Part shown: piece by piece, positions 9,840-18,371 of the stretch
How the letters are laid out: each line of letters begins with the position of its first letter
Numbering within the stretch: position 1 is the first letter of the stretch
Source of the DNA: Candidatus Magasanikiibacteriota bacterium
GTDB lineage: Bacteria; Patescibacteriota; Patescibacteriia; Magasanikbacterales; GWA2-37-8
Length of the DNA: 64,000 nucleotides
Direction of reading: 5' to 3'
NCBI GenBank assembly: GCA_963802255.1
Contig: CAWDHY010000002.1
Location: 183,480-247,479 of the forward strand
Notes under the pieces: generated by a model
Told to the model about the DNA's origin: nothing
What the model saw: the letters and a program-made list of their open reading frames with translations, nothing else
The model's database searches: none
Made by a program: the position numbers and the translations under genes

Positions 9840-11066
9840 ATGTCGGACAGAACAAAAAGAATCTTACTAATTGCCGCACTTTTGGCTGTAACAGCGCTAT
9901 TAGCTTTTGCCCTATATTATTTATTCAAAAAAGCCGGCCCCTTGGCCGGTGTTATTCCAACCCCAACGGCCACACCAACTACACCGGGCGGATTGCCGTC
10001 AGCCGGCGGACGCGTTACTACTACTCTTCCGAGCGGAGAAGTTACCACGACTTTACCGGTCGCTGGATATATCCCCGGCGTTCAACCAAGCTATTACCGA
10101 GCGGAAGCTGTAACAAAAATTGCCGACACTCCGACCACCTACCCGTCACTGTCGGAAAGCGGCAATTACCGCTATTACGACGCGACCGACGGAAAATTTT
10201 ACCGCATAATGCCCGACGGTTCAATTACGGCATTAAGCGAACAAGTTTTTTATAATGTTAAAAATGTGACTTGGGCAAACAACGCCGACAAAGCCGTGCT
10301 GGAATATCCCGACAGTTCAAAGATTATCTATAATTTCGAAACACAAAAACAAGTCACCCTGCCAAAACACTGGGAAGAATTTTCTTTTTCTCCGGACAGC
10401 ACGGAAGTGGCCGCAAAAGCTATCGGATTATCTCCCGAAAACAGATGGCTTGTAACCATTAACGACGATGGTTCAGGAACAAAATTAGTTGAACCAATGG
10501 GAGAAAACGGTGATAAAGTAATTGTTGACTGGTCGCCAAGCAAGCAGGCGGTAGCATTCTCCCTTACGGCGCGGGGCTTGGGATTATACCGAAAAGAAAT
10601 TTTCTTAGTCGGCTTAAACGGTGAAAATTTTAAATCTACAATTGTGGAGGGTCTGGGTTTTGAGCCAAAGTGGTCGCCGACAGGACAAAAATTGGCTTAT
10701 AGCGTTTATAGTGACCGCAGTAATTTTAAGCCGGAACTCTGGGTCGTTAATTCATATGGACAAGAAATAGGGTCCGGACGGCAAAATCTTGGTCTGGCCA
10801 CATGGGCTGAAAAATGCACCTTTAGCGGTGATACTACAATGTACTGCGCCGTACCTCGCAATTTACCGCAGGGTGCCGGTATTAAACCGGAAATAGCATC
10901 CGGTTCAACCGATGATCTCTATAAAATCGATCTGACGACTGGATTAAAAACAACAATCAACACCGACGGAAATTATTCAATCAATAATCTTTCTTTTGAC
11001 GAAACTAACAATCGCCTCCTTTTCACCGATCCTGCACAAAGCGGAGTTTTTGAAGTTAAATTATAA
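9840..11066 (+). CDS. TolB-like beta-propeller (PD40/WD40-like repeat) protein with N-terminal membrane anchor and Pro/Thr-rich linker
   Basis: N-terminal TM, PT-rich linker, repeated DWSPSxxxxAFS and PKWSPTGQKLAYS motifs typical of PD40 repeats. Confidence 0.55.
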   Translation: MSDRTKRILLIAALLAVTALLAFALYYLFKKAGPLAGVIPTPTATPTTPGGLPSAGGRVTTTLPSGEVTTTLPVAGYIPGVQPSYYRAEAVTKIADTPTTYPSLSESGNYRYYDATDGKFYRIMPDGSITALSEQVFYNVKNVTWANNADKAVLEYPDSSKIIYNFETQKQVTLPKHWEEFSFSPDSTEVAAKAIGLSPENRWLVTINDDGSGTKLVEPMGENGDKVIVDWSPSKQAVAFSLTARGLGLYRKEIFLVGLNGENFKSTIVEGLGFEPKWSPTGQKLAYSVYSDRSNFKPELWVVNSYGQEIGSGRQNLGLATWAEKCTFSGDTTMYCAVPRNLPQGAGIKPEIASGSTDDLYKIDLTTGLKTTINTDGNYSINNLSFDETNNRLLFTDPAQSGVFEVKL

Positions 11067-11068
11067 TT

Positions 11069-11740
11069 ATGAAATCCGGCTCCAAAAAATTCATCATTCT
11101 ATTACTCATCGCGATAGTTGCAACCGCTCTCATGCTGGCCAGGCAACTCTCGATATTCAACAAAATATCTGTGGAAAAAAGCGAATTGCCATTGATTGAA
11201 ACGGCATCTGTAATGATACCTCTGGATTTGAACGACCCCCTGCTCGGCAATCAGGGATCAGCTATGACTATTATTGAATTTGTTGATATTAATTCTGCAG
11301 AAAGCCGGTTGGCGCATGAAAAATTAGCAAAATTTACCACAGAACACCCGACTGAAATCCGTTTAATATTTAAAGATTTCCCCAATAAAGGTTTTTTTAC
11401 ATCAAATAATTACCGTCCGCACTTTGCCGCATTTTGCGCGCAAAAACAGGATAAAAAGAAATTTTGGCCTTATCTGAATGAATTGATGAAATATAAAAAA
11501 GGGTTTAACGAAGACAGCGTACTGATTGCCGTCGCAGAAGCCGTTAATCTAAATACAACTACTTTAAAAACCTGTCTGGATTCGTCAGAGGCAAAATCAC
11601 GCATTGAATCATCGGTGTCGTTAGCTGAAGACCTCGGCCTGAAGAAAGCGCCGGAAATTTTTGTAAATAACAGAAAAATCAATTACGTAACAGAAATAAA
11701 TCTGGACGACTTCTTAACGGAGTTGATAAAAGAATATTAA
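11069..11740 (+). CDS. DsbA-like thioredoxin-fold protein with SxxS in place of the CxxC active site
   Basis: N-terminal TM anchor; IIEFVDINSAES aligns to the DsbA FxDxxCPxC motif with both Cys replaced by Ser. Confidence 0.5.
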   Translation: MKSGSKKFIILLLIAIVATALMLARQLSIFNKISVEKSELPLIETASVMIPLDLNDPLLGNQGSAMTIIEFVDINSAESRLAHEKLAKFTTEHPTEIRLIFKDFPNKGFFTSNNYRPHFAAFCAQKQDKKKFWPYLNELMKYKKGFNEDSVLIAVAEAVNLNTTTLKTCLDSSEAKSRIESSVSLAEDLGLKKAPEIFVNNRKINYVTEINLDDFLTELIKEY

Positions 11741-11745
11741 TTGAT

Positions 11746-13194
11746 ATGAAAAAGTTTCAGGTCATTTTAATAATTTCAGTTTCATTATTGATAAATTTTT
11801 TTTATTTATCATCTCCTGCTAAAGCGACAGACTACAAATCATGTTGTATGTGCCTGATCACGGACCCTTCCGGCATGGGAAACGATAGCTGGGTTTTGCC
11901 TATCGGCACTACAGATTTAATTACCGATGCTACTCAATGCACTAATAGCGGTGAATTTGGCGTCAGCTGTATGCTAATGCCAAATGAAAAGTGCGGAGAA
12001 GTGGTTAAAGAAATGACTAAGCTGGAAGATGAGTTTAAATTTAAGGATATTGTTTTGGGAGTAACCATCCCCAACCTGCAGTTCAGCCCGCCTCCGACCC
12101 AAGTTGACACGGAAGGAAACATCTATATCCCCTGGCTGGCGGAATATATCAAAGCCCTCTACAACTTTTTAGTTGTTGCCCTAAGCATTGTGGCTGTTGT
12201 CATGATCATTGTTGCCGGAACGCAAATAATTGCTTCTGCCGGCGGGCCGGCAAAAGCCGCGGGATATAAGCGAATTACTCAAGCCGTGATCGGCCTTCTT
12301 CTCGCTTGGGGCTCATATTTCATAATGTATACAATAAATCCAAATCTGACTTCTTTCCAACCTCTAAAAATTGCATTTGTCGAAAAGAAAGATATCACCG
12401 GTGTGGAAGAGGTCGGGCCGTCAATTTCAAAATCTGAAATACTGGCTATCATCGACCAAGTTTCGAGTGAATCAGGTGTAGACAAGTGTATTCTTGAAAC
12501 AATAGTGGCAAAAGAATCGGGTTATAAATCAAACCGAATCGGTCATGATGAAGATGTACCGCGTACCCAAGTGGGATCTCGAGTAAAATTTATTAAAAGC
12601 GGCGTAAAATATAACGGGGAAACTTTTACTCCTTCTCCCAATTTATATACTGACAAGTCGTTAAAGAATAATGACAGTTACAAACCGAATGAGCCACCAA
12701 ACTATGGTTTGGACCCCAGATTTACTCATGGTGGTGGATTAGGCCAATTTACGGTACTTATTGATAAATCAACCAAGGAGATGACCCGCTGTCCGGATGG
12801 AAATATCGGCCGGACCATCGCGGGTGAATGTTATACTTTTCCTGAATTAATGGAACCAAAAACGGCAGTCGAACTTTCTGCAAAATTAATTAAAAAAATC
12901 GGAACAACTAACGTAGAAAAATTATTCTATAGATATGCCGGCAAAGGTTGCAGCGCACGTGTTTCCCAGTGCCGAAAAATGAAAGCTTATGCTGAGTGCA
13001 AAGGAGATCCGGATATTGCGCGAAATGAAATTCCAGGCGATTGCAAAGCTTGGTTAAAAGAATCATTTGCAAACTGTTCCAACCCTTCATATAGAAATCC
13101 CATGTCTCAGCCAACGCCTGACGATAAAACGGCTGAAAAGGAAGCAGATCAAGCAATTGATGAAGAGCTCGGTCAGAGCATCCAAAATTATTAA
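11746..13194 (+). CDS. secreted Cys-rich protein with a TrbC/VirB2-like pilin hydrophobic segment fused to a lytic transglycosylase-like (SLT/VirB1-like) C-terminal domain
   Basis: Signal peptide, Cys-rich region, hydrophobic core LVVALSIVAVVMIIVAGTQIIASAGGPAKAAGYKRITQAVIGLLLAWGSYFI, then AKESGY...GGGLGQFT resembling the SLT E-S / GLMQ motifs. Confidence 0.45.
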   Translation: MKKFQVILIISVSLLINFFYLSSPAKATDYKSCCMCLITDPSGMGNDSWVLPIGTTDLITDATQCTNSGEFGVSCMLMPNEKCGEVVKEMTKLEDEFKFKDIVLGVTIPNLQFSPPPTQVDTEGNIYIPWLAEYIKALYNFLVVALSIVAVVMIIVAGTQIIASAGGPAKAAGYKRITQAVIGLLLAWGSYFIMYTINPNLTSFQPLKIAFVEKKDITGVEEVGPSISKSEILAIIDQVSSESGVDKCILETIVAKESGYKSNRIGHDEDVPRTQVGSRVKFIKSGVKYNGETFTPSPNLYTDKSLKNNDSYKPNEPPNYGLDPRFTHGGGLGQFTVLIDKSTKEMTRCPDGNIGRTIAGECYTFPELMEPKTAVELSAKLIKKIGTTNVEKLFYRYAGKGCSARVSQCRKMKAYAECKGDPDIARNEIPGDCKAWLKESFANCSNPSYRNPMSQPTPDDKTAEKEADQAIDEELGQSIQNY

Positions 13195-13324
13195 CATTCT
13201 CTGCCTTCAACCGACAATCTATTACTATGAAACAGAGCCAAATAATTTTTTCCTGCACTCACTACGGTGCTCAATTCCAAAAATGGGTCTGGCACCCCGC
13301 CATTTTTGTATATGCGAATAAAAT

Positions 13325-14668
13325 ATGAGCCGTAATAATACAGTATTTGTATGTTCGAATTGCGATGCCCAGTTTCAAAAATGGACGGGTAAATGTTTAG
13401 AATGCGGACAATGGGGCACGATTGATAAAAATCCTGTCAGCATCTCATCAAAAAATGAAAATAAACAAGAATTTGCGCCGGCTAAAATATCTGCACTTTC
13501 AGAAATAAAAAGTGAAAATATAGCACGAACGAAAACAAATATCGGCGAACTGGACCGCGTGCTCGGCGGCGGTCTTGTCCCCGGCTCTCTTATTCTTCTT
13601 GGTGGCGAGCCTGGTATCGGCAAATCAACACTGGCACTTCAACTCGCTGCCATTTTACCGCAGGCCCTTTATTTGTCCGGTGAAGAATCAGCCGAGCAAA
13701 TCAAACTGCGTTCCGATAGATTAAATATAAAATCGCAAAATCTCAAAATCGGCAATGAATCAAATATTGAAACGATTATCGCGACCATAAAAAAGGAACG
13801 GCCGGTTTTAACCGTCGTTGATTCCGTGCAAACCATCTACTCGAACGACTCCGAGGGCGAAGCAGGCAATCTCGCGCAGGTCCGCGCCTGTACCGTAAAA
13901 CTTATGGAACTGGCAAAAAGCGAACGGCTTACAATTGTTCTGGTCGGCCAGGTGACAAAAGAAGGCACGGTCGCCGGTCCAAAGACATTGGAACATCTGG
14001 TGGACACGGTTTTGTATCTTGAAGGCGACCGCTTTCATCAGTTCAGAATTCTGCGCGCCGCTAAAAATCGTTTCGGTTCAACCGATGAAGTCGGTGTTTT
14101 TTCTATGGAAGAAAATGGCTTGCAGGAAGTAAAAAATCCTTCGGCCGCATTTCTGGGCGAACGGGCGGAAAACGCCCCCGGTAATGTCGTGGCATGTTTA
14201 ATGGAAGGCTCGCGTCCCATCCTCTGTGAAGTGCAGGCACTGGTAAGTAAAACGTCTTTTGGCTATCCGGTGCGCAAATCAAGCGGCTTTGATTTAAACA
14301 GATTACATATGCTGGTTGCCGTACTTGAACGCCGTGCCGGATTAACACTTAGTCAATATGACATTCATTTAAATGTGGTCGGCGGACTTTCAGCCGATGA
14401 ACCGGCCGCAGATTTGGCAGCGGCACTGGCCATTGCCAGCGCATATAAAGACAAACCACTTGGTTCGGATATGGCCGCTTTTGGTGAAATTGGGTTATCA
14501 GGCGAAGTACGACCCGTTTCATTTACGGAAAAACGTCTTAAAGAATGTGAACAGCTTGGACTAAAACGGGCACTGACCAATTTGGGGAAAAAAAATGCCG
14601 GACTAAAAATGAAAGTGTTAAAAATAGTGGATATAAAAAATATCCAGGAAATCATAAAACATACATAA
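13325..14668 (+). CDS. radA: DNA repair protein RadA/Sms
   Basis: N-terminal C4 zinc finger (CSNCDAQF...CLECGQWG), Walker A GGEPGIGKST, KNRFG motif, Lon-like C-terminal domain. Confidence 0.9.
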   Translation: MSRNNTVFVCSNCDAQFQKWTGKCLECGQWGTIDKNPVSISSKNENKQEFAPAKISALSEIKSENIARTKTNIGELDRVLGGGLVPGSLILLGGEPGIGKSTLALQLAAILPQALYLSGEESAEQIKLRSDRLNIKSQNLKIGNESNIETIIATIKKERPVLTVVDSVQTIYSNDSEGEAGNLAQVRACTVKLMELAKSERLTIVLVGQVTKEGTVAGPKTLEHLVDTVLYLEGDRFHQFRILRAAKNRFGSTDEVGVFSMEENGLQEVKNPSAAFLGERAENAPGNVVACLMEGSRPILCEVQALVSKTSFGYPVRKSSGFDLNRLHMLVAVLERRAGLTLSQYDIHLNVVGGLSADEPAADLAAALAIASAYKDKPLGSDMAAFGEIGLSGEVRPVSFTEKRLKECEQLGLKRALTNLGKKNAGLKMKVLKIVDIKNIQEIIKHT

Positions 14669-14683
14669 ACATAAAAAAACAAA

Positions 14684-14717
14684 GCCGCCTTGGAATAAAT
14701 CCTTGGCGGCATTTTTT
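14684..14717. terminator. intrinsic terminator (gccgcc...ggcggc hairpin plus T-tract), usable by radA (+) and the convergent GC-rich gene (-)
   Basis: GC stem flanked by an A-tract upstream and TTTTTT downstream. Confidence 0.6.
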
Positions 14718-14744
14718 ATAAGAGGTTTTGGGAAGTTTTGTGGA

Positions 14745-15183
14745 TCAGTCGGCTGGAGTGGCGTGGTTTTCCGTGTCTGGCGTGAAGTCATCGACCTCGA
14801 TGCACGGATGCTTTATGACCATCAAGGCCAGGTCGTGCTTGAAAGAGTCAATGCCCGGAACGATGTGGTGGAAATCCGGCGATAAGTCGCGCTTCTTTTT
14901 GTTGCGCAACTGCAAAGCTTGGCACTCATATATCGCCTCCAGGTCGCTCAGTCTGCGAAAGACGATCCGCTCGAGTTCCACCTGCATGTCACGGCCGTTG
15001 CGTCCTGCCCTACCAAACGCCAAAACCGTTTTGCCGTTGAGCTTGAGCGGAGTGCAGCGCACCCACAGTGGTCTCATGTCTTGCCCGCCTTTGTGTTGCA
15101 CCATTGCAACCACAAAGTCATTCCCCGCAGGATCGAAAGCGTTCTCCTTTGGCGGTAAACCCGCCCATACTTGTCTGCCCATT
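14745..15183 (-). CDS. hypothetical protein (about 146 aa) in a GC-rich island; likely start MGRQVWAGL
   Basis: Strong SD (aaaggaggagagaagaATG) and promoter TTGACG N17 TATTCT at 15261-15289; the antisense plus-strand ORF is Ser-rich low complexity and was rejected. Confidence 0.5.
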
Positions 15184-15200
15184 CTTCTCTCCTCCTTTAA

Positions 15201-15212
15201 ATGAACGTTCAT
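15201..15212. promoter_or_regulatory. perfect 12-bp palindrome ATGAACGTTCAT between promoter and SD of the GC-rich gene (candidate operator)
   Basis: Self-complementary dodecamer in the 5-prime UTR. Confidence 0.3.
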
Positions 15213-15260
15213 GCTCCTGTCAGTGCAGTACATCCGCACCGACTTGAAAGCACAAAGGAG

Positions 15261-15289
15261 AGAATAGCATAAAAAAACATCGTCGTCAA
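15261..15289 (-). promoter_or_regulatory. sigma70-type promoter TTGACG N17 TATTCT
   Basis: Hexamers with 17-nt spacer on the minus strand, overlapping the 3-prime end of recG. Confidence 0.45.
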
Positions 15290-15296
15290 TACTTCA

Positions 15297-17390
15297 CTAT
15301 TCCAGATGGGTGGTTTCGCCCCATTTCGCTATCAAACGGCTAATTATCGGATATTTATCCAAATTTTTTGCGATATAAACAGCCGCTTCCCGTGTTTTCT
15401 TAATAATTTCTTTATCAGTAAGCTTGGCTAATCTCAAATTCATTAAGCCGCTCTGAACAGTTCCGTACACTTCTCCGGGCCCACGGGTCTCCAAATCTTT
15501 TTCCGCAAGTTTAAAACCATCAATATTTTTTTCAAAAAAAGATAGCCGGTCTCTGGTTTTGTCCGAATTTGATCCGGAAAACAGGAAACAATACGACTGA
15601 TAAATAGAACGACCAACACGACCGCGAAATTGATGAAGCTGAGCCAAGCCAAATCTTTCGGCTCCTTCTATCATCATCACGGAAGCATTTGGCACGTCAA
15701 CGCCAACCTCGACCACCGAAGTGGACACCAGAATATCAATTTCTTTTCCTTTAAACTTTTTCATCATCAGTTCTTTTTCAGCCGATTTTAATTTTCCGTG
15801 CAAAAAACCTACGCGTAAATCCGGAAAAATATTTTTTGATAATTTTTCATATTCATTCATCACACTTTTTTTCTCATACTGTGAAGCCGGAAAAAAATCA
15901 TAATTAACCGGCACAAAATCATCCGTCTGCGCGGTTTCAATTAAAGGACAAATCACAAATACCTGTCTTCCGCGCTTCACTTGGCCGCGAATAAATTCAT
16001 ACGCTTTCTCCCGGTTATTAGGATCTACCAATCGGGTGATGATCGGTTTTCGCCCGGCAGGCATTTCATTGATCATGGATAAATCAAGATCCCCGTAAAT
16101 CATTAAAGCCAATGAGCGTGGAATGGGAGTGGCAGTCATGCTTAAATAGTGGGCGGAAATATCAGCGGTCTTGTCCTTGATGGCTTTTCTTTGAGCAACA
16201 CCGAATCTATGCTGTTCATCAACTATTATTAAACCGACATCTTTAAACAAGATTTTTTCCGAAAGCAAAGCATGTGTTCCAATTATAATTTTTATTTTCC
16301 CGCTATTTATCAAATCAGTCATTTTTTTCTTTTTCACCTCTTCTTCCCCAAAAAAAATCTGTGATCTGGTAAAAAGGCCTGTTTTTATCTTAGAGCCTAA
16401 TATTTTTTTGATTGATTCAAAATGCTGACGGGCTAAAATTTCTGTCGGTGCCATTAGCACGGCCTGATACCCGTTCAGCACTGTATTTAGTATGGCGATT
16501 GCTCCCACGATTGTTTTACCCGAGCCAACGTCGCCTGAAAGCAGACGGTTCATTGGCGATTCACTGCCCAAATCTTTTAATATTTCCCAGGCCGAAACCT
16601 TTTGGCTTTTCGTTAGTTTAAACGGCAAATTTTCAACAAGATTTTTAACGGCGCTTTCTTTGAACTCCATGGCAGGCGCTTTGCTTAAAGACAATTCACT
16701 GCGCGTAAGTTCAGCCCTGATATGCAGACGAAATAATTCATTAAATTTCAAGCGGTCAGTGGACTGTTTTAAATCTATTTCATCTTTGGGGAAATGAATA
16801 CCGCGCAATGCGTCTTCAAGCGGAATAAGATCAAAATGATCTAACATCTCATCCGGTAAAAAATCCTTCATACCTTGGATTGCCGGCAATGATTGTGTAA
16901 TTAAAAATCTTAATTGCTTTTGAGTTACACCCTCGGTTGATGGATATATCGGAATAAGCCGCACAATATTAGCCGTCTCCGTATTATTAACTTTTTCATA
17001 CATCGGACTGACAAACTGCGGGCCAAGCATGTCAGCTTTCACTTTACCGGATAAAAAAAGCATGTCTCCAGGTTTTAAATTTTTTGCGATAAACGGCTGA
17101 TTAAACCAGACTACCCGCACACTGCCGCTGTCATCGGTTACCATGGCGTTAGTCACAATTTTTCTGCTGCGAAAACTGCGCCTATTCGCCACAAGTTCAA
17201 GACGTCCGCAGACTGTTATTGAATCACCTTCGCTTATTTTGCCAATCGGCACAATACGACGGTAATCTTCATAGCGGAAAGGATATAAATTCAATAAGTC
17301 ACCTGTATTTCTTATACCAAGACGTCCCAGCCGTCTGGCCAGGGTTGTTCCTACTCGATTGAGTTTTATAATCGGCGTTGATAAATCCAT
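15297..17390 (-). CDS. recG: ATP-dependent DNA helicase RecG
   Basis: Wedge domain, helicase motifs (GDVGSGKT, DEQHRFG, QLHQFRGRVGR), 697 aa. Confidence 0.9.
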   Translation of the reverse strand: MDLSTPIIKLNRVGTTLARRLGRLGIRNTGDLLNLYPFRYEDYRRIVPIGKISEGDSITVCGRLELVANRRSFRSRKIVTNAMVTDDSGSVRVVWFNQPFIAKNLKPGDMLFLSGKVKADMLGPQFVSPMYEKVNNTETANIVRLIPIYPSTEGVTQKQLRFLITQSLPAIQGMKDFLPDEMLDHFDLIPLEDALRGIHFPKDEIDLKQSTDRLKFNELFRLHIRAELTRSELSLSKAPAMEFKESAVKNLVENLPFKLTKSQKVSAWEILKDLGSESPMNRLLSGDVGSGKTIVGAIAILNTVLNGYQAVLMAPTEILARQHFESIKKILGSKIKTGLFTRSQIFFGEEEVKKKKMTDLINSGKIKIIIGTHALLSEKILFKDVGLIIVDEQHRFGVAQRKAIKDKTADISAHYLSMTATPIPRSLALMIYGDLDLSMINEMPAGRKPIITRLVDPNNREKAYEFIRGQVKRGRQVFVICPLIETAQTDDFVPVNYDFFPASQYEKKSVMNEYEKLSKNIFPDLRVGFLHGKLKSAEKELMMKKFKGKEIDILVSTSVVEVGVDVPNASVMMIEGAERFGLAQLHQFRGRVGRSIYQSYCFLFSGSNSDKTRDRLSFFEKNIDGFKLAEKDLETRGPGEVYGTVQSGLMNLRLAKLTDKEIIKKTREAAVYIAKNLDKYPIISRLIAKWGETTHLE

Positions 17391-17473
17391 ATTTATTAGC
17401 TTTTATCATTATATCATATCAAAAAATATATAGTCGGCTTTCATCCTTTTACGTCCGACTCCGGCACGGTCGC

Positions 17474-17500
17474 AAAACCACGCCTTTCGGCGTGGTTTTT
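17474..17500. terminator. bidirectional intrinsic terminator aaaaccacgcc-tttc-ggcgtggttttt
   Basis: Perfect 9-bp stem with A-tract and T-tract; lies just downstream (minus direction) of tRNA-Arg. Confidence 0.7.
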
Positions 17501-17501
17501 G

Positions 17502-17573
17502 TGCTCCCGCTAGGAGTCGAACCTAGATCTCCAGCTTCGCAGGCTAGTGTCCTATCCATTGAACGACGGGGGC
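17502..17573 (-). tRNA. tRNA-Arg (anticodon GCG)
   Basis: Cloverleaf on the minus strand: acceptor GCCCCCG/CGGGAGC with one C-A mismatch, D arm GTTC..GGAC, anticodon loop CU-GCG-AA, T arm CTAGG-TTCGACT-CCTAG; CCA not encoded. Confidence 0.75.
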
Positions 17574-17634
17574 TGTAATGAATTTTGGAAAAAAATATCT
17601 CACCCGCAGGTGAGACACGCGGCCTGTGCGGCAA

Positions 17635-18141
17635 TTACTGAATTTTTAACAAACGTCCCAGACGGTCACTCAACGGTTCTTCTTCCTTGTCTAAATCTTC
17701 AATTAAATATTGATTTAAAAAATCACGCAAAACAACCGGGTCTGAGTCCAATAATGGAATATGCAATCTGTGTTTAATCGCGGTCTTTGGCTCAAAATAT
17801 AATACTTTAACCAATGGTGGATTGTAAACAATCCAATATTTCTCAAGCTCATTAAACGGATAATATTTTGTACCCACCACAATACCGGTATCGGTAATGC
17901 CGAAGTCTAATTCAACGGGTTCATTAATTTCCTGTAAAAAAATTATTATGCCAAACAAAACAATAATAAGTGCAAAAAGATAATTGGCGGTAAAAACAGC
18001 GTAAGCAATTAACGCGGCGGCCAAGAGAGCCATTATCCAATACCAGCGCTTGCCACGGCTGAATTTTTCGTATTCCTTAAAAGACCAGCTATAAACGATA
18101 TTGCCAAAATTTACATCTTGCTTTAGCAAATCTTGAGGCAT
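17635..18141 (-). CDS. hypothetical membrane protein (two TM helices)
   Basis: Intact 168-aa ORF with two hydrophobic helices near the N-terminus. Confidence 0.5.
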   Translation of the reverse strand: MPQDLLKQDVNFGNIVYSWSFKEYEKFSRGKRWYWIMALLAAALIAYAVFTANYLFALIIVLFGIIIFLQEINEPVELDFGITDTGIVVGTKYYPFNELEKYWIVYNPPLVKVLYFEPKTAIKHRLHIPLLDSDPVVLRDFLNQYLIEDLDKEEEPLSDRLGRLLKIQ

Positions 18142-18165
18142 AAAATGGGTAATGAATTAACCCGG

Positions 18166-18239
18166 TGGCCACTACAGGATTCGAACCTGTGGCCTCTTCG
18201 ATGTGAACGAAGCGCTCTAACCAACTGAGCCAAGTGGCC
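18166..18239 (-). tRNA. tRNA-Val (anticodon CAC)
   Basis: Minus strand: acceptor GGCCACT/AGTGGCC, D loop AGTTGGTTA, anticodon stem CTTCG/CGAAG with loop TT-CAC-AT, T arm ACAGG-TTCGAAT-CCTGT. Confidence 0.8.
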
Positions 18240-18371
18240 GATTAACGGGGCCGATCCCTCAAAAACGGCCATTTTTATAAGGTTATTTTGAGTATAACAC
18301 GCAAATTACAAAAAATCAATACCCAGTTGAAAAGGGCATTTCACTATGATATAATCTACCTGTTGTAACTT

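Noticed and set aside
14728-15204. 158-aa plus-strand ORF in the GC-rich island
   Set aside because: Ser-rich, low-complexity, antisense to the better-supported minus-strand ORF, which has an SD and a promoter
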